In this document: positions 9,219 through 18,690 of the stretch, piece after piece
How positions within the stretch are numbered: the stretch's first letter is position 1
Layout of the letters: each line of letters begins with the position of its first letter
Assembly: GCA_032654565.1 (NCBI GenBank)
Contig: JAULAX010000017.1
Location: 576,001 to 640,000, forward strand
Length of the DNA: 64,000 nucleotides
Reading direction: 5' to 3'
From: Anaeromyxobacteraceae bacterium
GTDB taxonomy: Bacteria > Myxococcota > Myxococcia > Myxococcales > Anaeromyxobacteraceae
The notes under the pieces: model-generated
Told to the model about the DNA's origin: nothing
The model's input: only the letters and a program-made list of their open reading frames with translations
Databases searched by the model: none
Program-made: the position numbers and the translations under genes

Positions 9219-11077
9219 GTGGGCTCCTTGGAGAGCGGGATGCGGACCTCGACGCGGGTGCCGGTGCCGGGGGTGGAGTCGAAGCGGGCGTGTCCGCCCA
9301 GCAGGTCGGCGCGCTCCTGGATGCCGATCAGCCCCCAGTGCGGCCGCCCCTCGCGGCGGGCCACCGCGGCGTGGTCGAAGCCAACGCCGTCGTCCTCCAC
9401 GTCGACGCAGATCGTGGTCCCCTCGACGCGCAGCTCCACCAGCACGTGGGTGGCCTGGGCGTGGCGGGCCACGTTGCTGAGCGCCTCCTGGCAGATGCGG
9501 AAGAGCGCCGTCTGGAGCTCGGGCGACAGCGGCGGCAGCTCGCCCACCTCGCAGCGCACCGCCACCCCGCGCGACCCCAGGGCCCGGTCTCCGTACCACT
9601 GCACCGCCGAGGCCAGACCGAGATCGTCGAGCACCGACGGGCGCAGGTCGAGGATGAGCCGGTGGACGTCGGCCAGGGCCCGGTTGGCCAGCGACCGCAG
9701 CTCGTCCAGCGCCGGCGCCTTCCCGGCCCGGACCGCGTCGGCCGCCTGGTCGACGCGCATCAGCAGCGCCGCCAGGGCCTGGGTGGTCTCGTCGTGGAGC
9801 TCGCGGGCCACCCGCTTGCGCTCGTCCTCCTGCGCGGTGATCACCTTGCGCAGCAGCTCGCCGCGGGCCAGCTCGCGCTCGCGCAGCGCCGCGTTGGCCT
9901 GGTTGAGGTCGCGGGTCCGCTCCTCGACCCGCCCCTCCAGCTCCAGGTTGTCGCGCTCCACCCGGGCCACCAGCGCCTGCAGCGACAGCCGCATCCGGTC
10001 CAGCGCCCGGCCCAGGTGGCCGACCTCGTCGTCCCCCAGCTCCGGGATGGGCGAGTCGAGCTGGCCGGAGGCGATCCGCCGGGCCTCGGCGGTGAGCACC
10101 GCCACCGGCTGGGTGACGCTGCGCGCCGCCCCCCAGGCGAAGAGGGCGGAGAGCGCCACCTGGGCCAGCAGCACCCCGGCCACCGCGAACCAGGGCAGCA
10201 CCCCCTCGGTCGGCGAGGCGTCCTGGCGGACCACCACCCCCCAGGGGGCGCTGGCCAGCGGGGCGAAGGTCATCAGCGCCCCGAAGCGGGTCCGCTCGCC
10301 CCGCTCCTTGTGGCAGTCGTCGCAGCGGGTGATCAGGCTGGCCCTGGCCTTCACCAGCCTGGCCATGTTGGCGCTGCACTCGCTCTTGGTCCCGGCCCGC
10401 CGCGGCTCCGAGGAGGCGATCACCAGCCCGGTGGCGTCGATCAGCTCGGCCCGGCCGTTGGCTCCCGAGCGGAGGCGGCGCAGCGTCTTGTGGAACTCGC
10501 GCCGCCCCGGGTCGAAGGTCCCGCCGGCCACGCCCACCACCTGGCCGGCCAGGTCGCGCACCGCCACCAGCTCGTGGATCAGCGGGCCGCGCCCGTCCAC
10601 CTGCAGCCCGGAGAGGCGCGGCAGGCCGGTGGCCAGCACCTCGTCCACCAGCGGGATGGCCGCCCGCGGCGCGGCCGAGACGCTGCCGTGCGGCTCCTCC
10701 TCCACCACCCGCTGGTCGGCGTCGAGGAGGAAGACGGCCTCGCGGTGGCGGAAGTGGGCGAAGGCCTCGCGGACCACCCGCTGCATCAGCGCCGGATCGG
10801 CCGCCTCCAGGCGCGAGCCGATCCCGGCGGCCAGCCGCTGCAGCAGCTCCAGGTCGCCGGTCAGCTCCTGGTCGAACTGCGCCACCACCGTCTCGGCGGC
10901 GTTGACCCGGGCCTCGCGGAGGCGGCCGTCGAGGTCGCGCAGCCAGGACCAGCAGACCAGCGAGATCACCACCAGCGGGAAGAAGGTCCCCACCGCCATC
11001 AGCAGGTAGACGCGCCGGCGCAGCCCGGAGCCGTCGCCGGGGGTCCACCGGAAGCCGCCCTGTCCCGGCCCGGTCAC
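9215..11077 (-). CDS. HAMP + HisKA_3 sensor histidine kinase with a periplasmic CXXCH motif
   Basis: Two TM segments; ERKRVARELHD H-box; QEALSNVARHA; DDGVGF; CDDCH in the periplasmic region. Confidence 0.93.
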   Translation of the reverse strand: MTGPGQGGFRWTPGDGSGLRRRVYLLMAVGTFFPLVVISLVCWSWLRDLDGRLREARVNAAETVVAQFDQELTGDLELLQRLAAGIGSRLEAADPALMQRVVREAFAHFRHREAVFLLDADQRVVEEEPHGSVSAAPRAAIPLVDEVLATGLPRLSGLQVDGRGPLIHELVAVRDLAGQVVGVAGGTFDPGRREFHKTLRRLRSGANGRAELIDATGLVIASSEPRRAGTKSECSANMARLVKARASLITRCDDCHKERGERTRFGALMTFAPLASAPWGVVVRQDASPTEGVLPWFAVAGVLLAQVALSALFAWGAARSVTQPVAVLTAEARRIASGQLDSPIPELGDDEVGHLGRALDRMRLSLQALVARVERDNLELEGRVEERTRDLNQANAALRERELARGELLRKVITAQEDERKRVARELHDETTQALAALLMRVDQAADAVRAGKAPALDELRSLANRALADVHRLILDLRPSVLDDLGLASAVQWYGDRALGSRGVAVRCEVGELPPLSPELQTALFRICQEALSNVARHAQATHVLVELRVEGTTICVDVEDDGVGFDHAAVARREGRPHWGLIGIQERADLLGGHARFDSTPGTGTRVEVRIPLSKEPT

Positions 11078-11643
11078 GGCGTCCCCCGGCGGTGGGCGCT
11101 GCGGGCGATGCGGAACAGCTCCTCGACGTCGCCGCGGGTGCGCAGCTGCATGCGGCAGCCGTCGCGCTCCCAGGCCAGCTGGTGCCAGACCTCGCCGCCG
11201 ATGGTCCGGCGCACCAGCCGGGCCGGACGGCCGGCCACCGTGGTCGGCGACGAGGCCAACTCGCTGCCGGGCGGCTCGAAGACCGGCGGCAGTGGCGCCC
11301 CCGGGGTGGTGGCCTGGAGCAGCTGCAGCTGGTCGACGTTCCGCTCGCGGAAGGTCAGCTCGAGGGCCCCGCCCTTCCCGCCCGCCACCCGGATGCGCGC
11401 CGGCGGCCAGCCGAGGTGGGCCGGGAAGTAGGACGGCAGCGCCAGCCCGGCCCCCAGGTTCCTCTCGGCGATCTCCAGGCTGGCCACCGTGCGGACCTCG
11501 CGCGGCTCACCGGCGATCCAGCCGGGCACGGCGCCCAGGCCGGCCAGGATCGCGGCGCTGGCCGCCACCACCCAGCCGAGCGCGGCCAGCAGCCGGACCA
11601 GCTCGGATCCCACGGCGCGGGAGGTGGCGGCGGGGGCGGTCAT
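11074..11643 (-). CDS. Hypothetical membrane-anchored protein
   Basis: N-terminal hydrophobic segment; overlaps both neighbours by 4 bp. Confidence 0.75.
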   Translation of the reverse strand: MTAPAATSRAVGSELVRLLAALGWVVAASAAILAGLGAVPGWIAGEPREVRTVASLEIAERNLGAGLALPSYFPAHLGWPPARIRVAGGKGGALELTFRERNVDQLQLLQATTPGAPLPPVFEPPGSELASSPTTVAGRPARLVRRTIGGEVWHQLAWERDGCRMQLRTRGDVEELFRIARSAHRRGTP

Positions 11644-12635
11644 GTGACGAAGTAGAGCAGCCCGGTCATCGAGGTGGCCGCCAGCCCGAGCCGCAGCCAG
11701 GGGAGCGGCAGGCGGCGCGGCGCCGGCTCCAGCAGCGCCCGCACCCGCCCCTCGACGTCATGCGACCGGGCCCGGCGCAGGGTCCCGGAGAGCGCCCCGC
11801 CGAAGACCAGGGTGCGCCGGCCGCCGGTCCCGCCGGTGGCCCGGTGGAGCTTGAGCAGGGCGCTGGCCAGCGCCAGGCGGTCGCCCCCCAGCTCCACACC
11901 GCGCTCGTCGGCCAGCCGCTCGGCGTCGCGGGCCACGGCCCGGGCCAGCACCTGGAAGGTGGGGTTCCAGCCCATCAGGCAGCGCAGGCCGAGCATCACC
12001 CAGCTGCGCTGCGGGTCGCGCCGGCCCAGGTGGGCCAGCTCGTGGGCCAGCGCCGCCCGCAGCTCGCCGGGGTCGAGCAGGTCGATGGCCCCGCCGGTGA
12101 TGAAGATGGAGGGGTGGCGCACCCCGGCGCAGTGCAGGCTGGGCACCGGGCGGTCGATGTAGACCACCGGCGGCAGCGAGCGCGCCGCGGCCAGCGGGGC
12201 CAGCGCCGCCTGCAGCGCCGCGGCGTGGGCCGGGCCGGGCGCTCCGGGAGGCGGCCGGCCCCGGGCCAGGGTGCGCAGCAGCGAGGCCACATCGAGGCCG
12301 AGCAGCAGCAGCCCCAGCGAGGCCAGGGAGACGACGAAGAGCTGGTGCAGGTCGAGCCCGAGGAAGGAGACGTCGGCCCAGCGCCGGCCCGAGAGCAGGG
12401 CGGCGTCGCGGAAGGTCTCCTCGGCGCGGTTGGGGAAGAGCAGCACCAGCGCCGGGAAGGCCAGCAGCGGGTAGGCCAGGGCCAGCAGCCTCAAGGCCAC
12501 CTTCTGCGCCGGGTGCTCCACCACCCAGCTCCGCACCAGGGCCTCGATGAAGAGCGAGGCCACCAGGGAGTGGAAGATGCCCTGCGCGAGGAGGTCAGTC
12601 GTGAGGACGATCGGAGCCATGGTCGGGGGCGGCAT
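11640..12635 (-). CDS. Membrane zinc metallopeptidase (M56/BlaR1-like or M48)
   Basis: AALAHELAH (HExxH), ERLADE and several TM helices; alternative start at 12620. Confidence 0.85.
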   Translation of the reverse strand: MPPPTMAPIVLTTDLLAQGIFHSLVASLFIEALVRSWVVEHPAQKVALRLLALAYPLLAFPALVLLFPNRAEETFRDAALLSGRRWADVSFLGLDLHQLFVVSLASLGLLLLGLDVASLLRTLARGRPPPGAPGPAHAAALQAALAPLAAARSLPPVVYIDRPVPSLHCAGVRHPSIFITGGAIDLLDPGELRAALAHELAHLGRRDPQRSWVMLGLRCLMGWNPTFQVLARAVARDAERLADERGVELGGDRLALASALLKLHRATGGTGGRRTLVFGGALSGTLRRARSHDVEGRVRALLEPAPRRLPLPWLRLGLAATSMTGLLYFVT

Positions 12636-13329
12636 GCCCGCCGAGCTCCTCCACCGGCCGCCCCTCGATGCGGGCCAGCTCCAGTGGATGCTCGTGCAGC
12701 ATCCGCTCCCGGCTGATCTTACCCGTGAACATCGACGGGTCGAAGGGGAAGACGTCCGGATTCAGGTGGGCGTTGAAGATGTGCCAGATGGTGATGACGA
12801 AGAAGGCCATCAGCCCTTCGTTGGAGTGGGCCACCTTGGCGGCCGGGATGATCTGCCCGGGGACCAGGTTGGCGAAGGCCACCGGGAAGAAGAGCACGAA
12901 CCCGGTCACCACCATGATGACGTTGCCGAAGACCAGCCCCCAGTACTCGAACTTCTGCTTGTAGTCGTAGCGGTCGTAGCGGGGCTGGCGGTTGGTCATG
13001 CCCAGGTAGAACTTGAGCTGCAGCACGGCGTCCTCGAAGTCCTGGCGGACCGGAGCCATGGTGAAGCCCACCTTCTTGGACCACATGGTGACGGCGGCGT
13101 TGGCGAAGTGGACCACCGTGGAGATGGCCAGCACCACCCCGCAGAAGCGGTGGATCCAGCGGGTGCGGTCGATGCCGCCGAAGACGTCCACCAGGCTCTG
13201 GGCCCAGCCGGCCTGGAAGAACTTCTGCGGCAGGCCGGTCATGCAGAGGAGCACGAACACCATCATGGTGATGAAGTGCTCGACGCGCTGCTGGAAGGTG
13301 AAGCGGAGGATCTGGGTGCCCTTGCTCAT
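12595..13329 (-). CDS. Di-heme cytochrome b (FdnI/HydC-like) membrane subunit
   Basis: MSKGTQILRFTFQQRVEH..., RWIHR, RYDYKQKFEYW, AHSNEG, WHIFNAH. Confidence 0.9.
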   Translation of the reverse strand: MSKGTQILRFTFQQRVEHFITMMVFVLLCMTGLPQKFFQAGWAQSLVDVFGGIDRTRWIHRFCGVVLAISTVVHFANAAVTMWSKKVGFTMAPVRQDFEDAVLQLKFYLGMTNRQPRYDRYDYKQKFEYWGLVFGNVIMVVTGFVLFFPVAFANLVPGQIIPAAKVAHSNEGLMAFFVITIWHIFNAHLNPDVFPFDPSMFTGKISRERMLHEHPLELARIEGRPVEELGGHAAPDHGSDRPHD

Positions 13330-13346
13330 GTTCTTCTCCCGGCGCG

Positions 13347-14387
13347 CTAGCGGTTGACCACGACGCGCCAGAGGTGGAGCGCGATCTGCAGGACGAGGCC
13401 GCCCACCATGAAGGGGATCATCAGGCGGTAGAAGAGCTGCACCAGCCAGACCAGCGGCGCCTTCTCCATGCTGGGCGGGTAGTGCGACAGCCAGGCCTTG
13501 GGGAAGGTGTCGCTGGCGCCGGCGTGGCAGCGGGCGCAGGTCTTCTGCAGGTTGGCCGTCATCACCGTCGACTTGGGGTCGTCCGACTTCTGGATGTCGT
13601 GGACGCCGTGGCAGTCGGTGCAGACCGCCGCCAGCCGCTTGCCGTCCTCCTTGCGCTGCCCCTTCTGGAAGGTGGCCGACATGCCGTGAAAGTCGGCCAG
13701 GTAGGTGGCCACCACCTCGGTGGAGAGGTTGTACTTCTTCATCAGCTTCTCGTCGGAGTGGCAGCGGCCGCAGATCTCCGGGGTGCGCATGGCCAGCGCC
13801 CCGTCGCGGGGGTCGGTGGTGTCGTGGGCCTTGTGGCAGTCGGTGCAGACCGGCACGTCGGGGTTGCCGGCCGAGGCGCGGCCGTGGACGCTGCGGGCGT
13901 AGACGTCGGCCTCCACCTGGTGGCAGCGGCTGCACATGTCGGAGATGCGGGTGCGCGGCTGGGCCGGGCGGGAGATGTCGTGGGCGCCGTGGCAGTCGAC
14001 GCAGAGCGCCGCCTTGGGGTTGCCCTTCGACATCACCGCGTAGTGCACGCCGTCGAGGGTCTTGGTGTAGTTGGCGAAGTGGCAGCCCTTGCACTGCTCG
14101 TAGTAGGCGCGGGTCACCTCGCGGCGCGACTTGAACTTGACCTCGCCGGTGGCGTGGTCGCTGGTCTTCTCGGAGTGGCAGTCGGTGCAGCGCAGGTTCT
14201 CGCCGTGCACCGACCTGGCGAACCCCTCCTGGTTGATCCCCAGCGGCAGCTTCTCGCCGCTGGCCAGGGTGAAGGTCTCCTTGGGGTCGCTGTGGCAGCC
14301 GAGGCAGTCCTCCTGCTCGGCCGGGATGGCCGCCTGCGCGCTGGTGGCCGCGAGGAGGAAGGCCGCCGCCCACGTCAATTTACTCAT
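13347..14387 (-). CDS. Nonaheme c-type cytochrome with C-terminal membrane anchor
   Basis: Signal peptide MSKLTWAAAFLLA; nine CXXCH motifs (CLGCH, CTDCH, CKGCH, CVDCH, CSRCH, CTDCH, CGRCH, CTDCH, CARCH); C-terminal TM helix. Confidence 0.93.
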   Translation of the reverse strand: MSKLTWAAAFLLAATSAQAAIPAEQEDCLGCHSDPKETFTLASGEKLPLGINQEGFARSVHGENLRCTDCHSEKTSDHATGEVKFKSRREVTRAYYEQCKGCHFANYTKTLDGVHYAVMSKGNPKAALCVDCHGAHDISRPAQPRTRISDMCSRCHQVEADVYARSVHGRASAGNPDVPVCTDCHKAHDTTDPRDGALAMRTPEICGRCHSDEKLMKKYNLSTEVVATYLADFHGMSATFQKGQRKEDGKRLAAVCTDCHGVHDIQKSDDPKSTVMTANLQKTCARCHAGASDTFPKAWLSHYPPSMEKAPLVWLVQLFYRLMIPFMVGGLVLQIALHLWRVVVNR

Positions 14388-14533
14388 CGTAAACCTCACC
14401 CCGCGAACGGGTCGCTCGTGCCAATTCCGGTTCATCCCTAACGGTGCGGCACTCCTAGCAGGACGCGCTGAATCGCGCCTGCGGCCGATCACCGCGCGGC
14501 AAGTCGCACCAGCAGTGCGGCGCGGCGCGCGAA

Positions 14534-14547
14534 TTGATCTGGCGCAG
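14534..14547. promoter_or_regulatory. FNR/Crp-family-like box between the cytochrome operon and purU
   Basis: TTGATCTGGCGCAG; the left half-site is perfect. Confidence 0.3.
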
Positions 14548-14569
14548 GATCCTGCTACCTTTCCGGGCC

Positions 14570-15430
14570 GTGCCCGACGCCCGCGCCATCCTCCTCGTCC
14601 GTTGCCCCGACCAGCCCGGCATCATCGCCGCCATCTCCGGCTTCCTCTTCCGGCACGGCGCCAACATCATCGACTTCGACCAGCACTCCACCGACGACGA
14701 CGGCGGCGTCTACTTCACCCGCCTGGAGTTCCAGACCGGCCGGGTCGACCTGCCGCTCGACGAGCTGCGCCGGGTCTTCGAGGCCGAGGTGGCCCTGCCC
14801 TTCGCCATGACCTGGCGGCTCTCGACGCCGACGCCGCGCCGGCGCGTGGCGGTGCTGGTGTCGCGCCACGACCACGCCCTGCTGGAGCTGCTCTGGACCT
14901 GGCAGCGCGGCGAGCTGCAGGCCGAGATCGCCCTGGTGATCTCCAACCACCCCGACCTGCGCGGGGCGGTGGAGGGCTTCGGCGTCCGCTTCGAGCACGT
15001 CCCCAACGGCCGCGACCAGCGCCCGGCGGCCGAGGCCCGCATGCTGGAGCTGCTCGACGGCGCCGCCGACGTGGTGGTGCTCGCCCGCTACATGCAGATC
15101 CTCTCCGGCGGGTTCGCCGCCCGCTGGCAGGAGCGGCTCATCAACATCCACCACAGCTTCCTGCCCGCCTTCGCCGGCGCCGATCCCTACCGGCAGGCCC
15201 ACGAGCGCGGCGTCAAGATCGTCGGGGCCACCGCCCACTACGTCACCGAGCAGCTCGACGCCGGCCCCATCATCGAGCAGGACGTGGCCCGGGTCTCCCA
15301 CCGCGACGAGGTGGAGGACCTGAAGCGGCTGGGGCGGGACCTGGAGCGGCGGGTGCTGGTGCGCGCCGTCCGCCTCCACTGCGAGGACCGGGTGCTGGTG
15401 CACGGGAACAAGACGGTGGTCTTCAGCTGA
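14570..15430 (+). CDS. purU: Formyltetrahydrofolate deformylase
   Basis: ACT domain CPDQPGII; LARYMQILS, INIHHSFLPAF, GVKIVGATAHYVT, GNKTVVF; GTG start inferred. Confidence 0.96.
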   Translation: MPDARAILLVRCPDQPGIIAAISGFLFRHGANIIDFDQHSTDDDGGVYFTRLEFQTGRVDLPLDELRRVFEAEVALPFAMTWRLSTPTPRRRVAVLVSRHDHALLELLWTWQRGELQAEIALVISNHPDLRGAVEGFGVRFEHVPNGRDQRPAAEARMLELLDGAADVVVLARYMQILSGGFAARWQERLINIHHSFLPAFAGADPYRQAHERGVKIVGATAHYVTEQLDAGPIIEQDVARVSHRDEVEDLKRLGRDLERRVLVRAVRLHCEDRVLVHGNKTVVFS

Positions 15431-15477
15431 GGGGGCCGGTCCGGCGCGCCGACGGGCGGGCGGGGAACCGCCCGGGG

Positions 15478-15867
15478 TCAGTCGCCAGCGAACACCGAGA
15501 GCTTGAGCCCCTCGACGCGCTCGAAGTGCTTGCGGTTCCGGGTGAGCAGGACGCCGTCGTTGGCGATGCAGACCGCGGCGATCATGTAGTCCGCCATCCC
15601 GATCCCCTGGCCCTGGCGCTCGAGCTGCACACGGAGGTCGGCCGCGATCCGGGCCTCCTCGGGGCCAAAGGAGAGGAGGGTCATGGCGTCGAGGAGCGTG
15701 TCGATCCCCTTCAGTTGCTTCGAACTCCTGGCCCCCGAGCGGAGCTCGAACGCGGTGATCGCGGTGGTGCCGAAGGACCTGGTCTCGAGCTCGAGCGCGA
15801 CCCGCCTGGCCGCGCCACCTCGCCCGCGCAGGAAGTCGATGAGGACATCGGTGTCGGCGATGATCAC
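15478..15867 (-). CDS. vapC: PIN-domain (VapC) toxin
   Basis: IIADTDVLIDF, ADYMIAA, LLTRNRKHF; GTGA overlap with the antitoxin. Confidence 0.92.
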   Translation of the reverse strand: MIIADTDVLIDFLRGRGGAARRVALELETRSFGTTAITAFELRSGARSSKQLKGIDTLLDAMTLLSFGPEEARIAADLRVQLERQGQGIGMADYMIAAVCIANDGVLLTRNRKHFERVEGLKLSVFAGD

Positions 15868-16103
15868 CGCCACACCTCGCGCAGCTTCCCCACCGACGCC
15901 TGGAGCGCGTCGGCCTCCTGGTCGGAGAAGCTCCCCTGGAGCCGGAGCGCGTTGCTGACCGCCTCGCGCCGGGCCCGGTGCTGCTTCATGTAGAGGTCCA
16001 GCGCCTCCCGGATGAGCGAGGAGAACCCCTTCTCACCGCGCTGGGCGGCGAGCTTGAGGAGCTGGGCCCGCTGTTCGTCGCTGATCTCGACCGTCGTCCT
16101 CAT
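15864..16103 (-). CDS. Ribbon-helix-helix antitoxin (VapB-like)
   Basis: MRTTVEISDE...SSLIREALD; directly upstream of the PIN toxin. Confidence 0.85.
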   Translation of the reverse strand: MRTTVEISDEQRAQLLKLAAQRGEKGFSSLIREALDLYMKQHRARREAVSNALRLQGSFSDQEADALQASVGKLREVWR

Positions 16104-16157
16104 CCGGCCATGCTACATGCATGTGCATGCCGGTGCCAGTGGATCGGCGGCCCCAGC

Positions 16158-17096
16158 CTACCCCTCCGTCTTCCCCTGCAGCGGCCAGATCCCCGAGGCC
16201 GTCACCGCGCCGCCCAGCAGCCCCGCCACCACGCCCAGCGACACCCCCTGGCCGATGGGCAGCCAGGGGGCCACCAGCATCTTGGCGCCGATGAAGATCA
16301 GCACCAGCGCCAGTCCCTGGCGCAGCCGGGAGAAGCGATCGATGGCGCTGGAGAGGGCGAAGTAGAGCGAGCGCAGGCCGAGGATGGCGAAGATGTTGCT
16401 GGTGAAGACGATGAACGGATCGAGGGTGATCCCGAAGATGGCCGGGATGGAGTCGAGGGCGAAGACCACGTCGGAGACCTCGATGAGCAGCAGCGCCAGC
16501 AGCAGCGGCGTGGCCACCCAGCGCCCGCCCTCGCGCACCAGGAAGTGGTGGCCGTCGATGCGGCTGGTGGTGGGGAGGACCCTTCGCACCAGCCGGAAGA
16601 AGGCGCTCTTCTCCGGGTGTGGCTCCTCGACCTGGTGGGTGAGGAGCAGCTTCACGCCGGTGAAGGCCAGGAAGGCGCCGAAGACGTAGATCAGCCAGTG
16701 GAAGCGGGCCAGCAGCGCCGTGCCGGCGAAGATCATGCCGGCCCGCAGCAGCAGCGCGGTGAGGATGCCCCAGAAGAGCACCCGGTGCTGGAAGCGGGGC
16801 GGGATGGCCAGGGTGGTGAAGATGACCAGGAAGACGAAGAGGTTGTCGACCGAGAGCGACTTCTCGATCAGGTAGCCGGTGAGGAACTCGGCGGCGTGGT
16901 CGCCCCCGAACCAGTGACCCACCGCCACGTTGAAGACCAGCGACAGCGCCACCCAGACGCCGGTCCAGGCCAGGGCGTTGCGGGTCGAGATCGGCTCGTC
17001 CCTGCGGTGGAAGAGGCCGAGGTCGAGCGCGAGGAAGACCAGGATCAGGGCGATGAAGCCGACCCAGAGCGCCGGCGTGCCAATGGTCTCGATCAC
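16158..17096 (-). CDS. terC: TerC/Alx family membrane protein
   Basis: YLIEKSLSVDNLFVF, QHRVLFWGI, FALDSIPAI, NIFAILGLRSLYF. Confidence 0.93.
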   Translation of the reverse strand: MIETIGTPALWVGFIALILVFLALDLGLFHRRDEPISTRNALAWTGVWVALSLVFNVAVGHWFGGDHAAEFLTGYLIEKSLSVDNLFVFLVIFTTLAIPPRFQHRVLFWGILTALLLRAGMIFAGTALLARFHWLIYVFGAFLAFTGVKLLLTHQVEEPHPEKSAFFRLVRRVLPTTSRIDGHHFLVREGGRWVATPLLLALLLIEVSDVVFALDSIPAIFGITLDPFIVFTSNIFAILGLRSLYFALSSAIDRFSRLRQGLALVLIFIGAKMLVAPWLPIGQGVSLGVVAGLLGGAVTASGIWPLQGKTEG

Positions 17097-17205
17097 CTGG
17101 TGTCCCCGCGGCTGTGCGTCATGGCCCGCTCACCTACCACCGGCGTCACCGGTACGCCACACCGGGTTCGGATCGGTTCGTTGACGCCCCGGGGGGCCGC
17201 GCCCT

Positions 17206-18690
17206 ATGACGGGCCTGCCCATGCACCACCCCTCCATCACCCCGGGTCGTTTCCCCTGCCCCGGTCCGGCGCGGCGCTGGCCGGCCGCCTGGCTGGCGCT
17301 GGCCCTCTCCGGCTGCAGCCTGGTGCTCCCCACCCGCTACGCCGACCGGCGGCTCGAGGAGCCGCTCCCCACCGGCGAGCGCCCGACGCCGCCCCCCGGG
17401 CCGGCCCCGCAGCCCTCCGCCGGCCCCGAGGCCGGACCGCCGGCCGCCCCGCGCCGCGTCGGTGGGCTGGCCGACCTGCTCGATCTGGCGCTCCGGAACG
17501 ATCCCGGGACCCGCGCCGCCTGGCTCGACGCCCGCGCCGCCGCCGCCACCGCCGGCTCCCGCCGGGCCGCCTGGCTCCCCGCCGCCGACGCCAGCGCCGG
17601 GCTGCAGCGGGTCCAGGTCCCCGGCGCCACCTCCGCCGAGGTCCGCCGCACCGACGCCACCGTCTCGGCGCAGCTCACCTGGCTGCTGCTCGACCTCGGG
17701 GCCCGCGGCGCCTCCCAGGACGAGGCCGAGCGGCTGCTGCTGGCGGCCCGGCTGGCCCACGAGAGCGCCGTGCTCGATCTGGCCCTGCGCGTCGAGGAGG
17801 CCTGGTACGGCTACCAGGCCACCCGGGCGCTGCTGGTCGCCTCGCAGGCCTCGCTGAAGCAGGCCGAGACCAGCCTGGCCGCGGCCGAGGAGCGGCGCAG
17901 CGCCGGCGCCGCCACCGTGGCCGACGTGCTCCAGGCCCGCACCGCCCTCTCCCAGCTCAAGCTCGACGCGCAGCGGGTGGAGGGCCAGGCGGCCGGGCTG
18001 CAGGGGCGGCTGGCCTCGCTGGCCGGCCTGCCGCCCACCGTGGAGCTGGAGGTGCCGCCGCTCCCCGCCGACGTCAACGCCCGCCAGGCCCTGCCGGAGG
18101 TGGAGCGGCTGCTGGAGGAGGCGGCCCGCGCCAACCCCGACCTGGCCCGCGCCCGCGCCCAGGCCGACGCCGCCGAGGCCCGGGCCCGGGCGGTCTCGCG
18201 CGCCGACCTCCCCACCCTCTCCGGCGTGGCCGGCGCCGGGCTCGACTGGCCGCTGGCGCCCGACGGCGACCGCTACGCCACCTGGAACGCCGGGCTGGTG
18301 CTGCGGATCCCGCTCTTCTCCGGCGGCCGGGCCAGCTTCGACGCCGCCAGCGCCCGCGCCACCGCCGCCGCCACCCGGGCCCGCGTCGAGGCCACCGGCC
18401 GCCAGGTGCAGCTCGACGTCTGGACCACCTTCCAGGCGCTCCGCACCGCGGCCCGCCGCGGCGAGACCTCGCGCGACCTGCTGGCCTCGGCCACCGAGGG
18501 GCTGGAGGTGGCCACCGGCCGCTACCGCGAGGGGGTCGGCTCGATCCTCGACCTGCTCACCTCGCAGTCGGCGCTGGCCGGCGCCCACGCCGAAGAGATC
18601 CTGGCCCGCGCCGACTGGCTGCTGGCCATGGCCCGGCTGGCCCGCGCCACCGGCCGCCTCCTCCCCGCCACCGCCGGAGCCGCTCCATGA
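17206..18690 (+). CDS. TolC-family outer membrane efflux lipoprotein
   Basis: LSGC lipobox; RYREGVGSILDLL; the true start may be slightly downstream. Confidence 0.88.
   Translation: MTGLPMHHPSITPGRFPCPGPARRWPAAWLALALSGCSLVLPTRYADRRLEEPLPTGERPTPPPGPAPQPSAGPEAGPPAAPRRVGGLADLLDLALRNDPGTRAAWLDARAAAATAGSRRAAWLPAADASAGLQRVQVPGATSAEVRRTDATVSAQLTWLLLDLGARGASQDEAERLLLAARLAHESAVLDLALRVEEAWYGYQATRALLVASQASLKQAETSLAAAEERRSAGAATVADVLQARTALSQLKLDAQRVEGQAAGLQGRLASLAGLPPTVELEVPPLPADVNARQALPEVERLLEEAARANPDLARARAQADAAEARARAVSRADLPTLSGVAGAGLDWPLAPDGDRYATWNAGLVLRIPLFSGGRASFDAASARATAAATRARVEATGRQVQLDVWTTFQALRTAARRGETSRDLLASATEGLEVATGRYREGVGSILDLLTSQSALAGAHAEEILARADWLLAMARLARATGRLLPATAGAAP

Noticed and set aside
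14405..14425. Sigma-54 promoter for the nonaheme cytochrome (TTGGCACG on the minus strand)
   Set aside because: Good -24 element, but no GC at the -12 position.
17097..17210. yybP-ykoY manganese riboswitch upstream of terC
   Set aside because: Expected from context, but the GGGGAGUA and GAGACC core motifs are not present.
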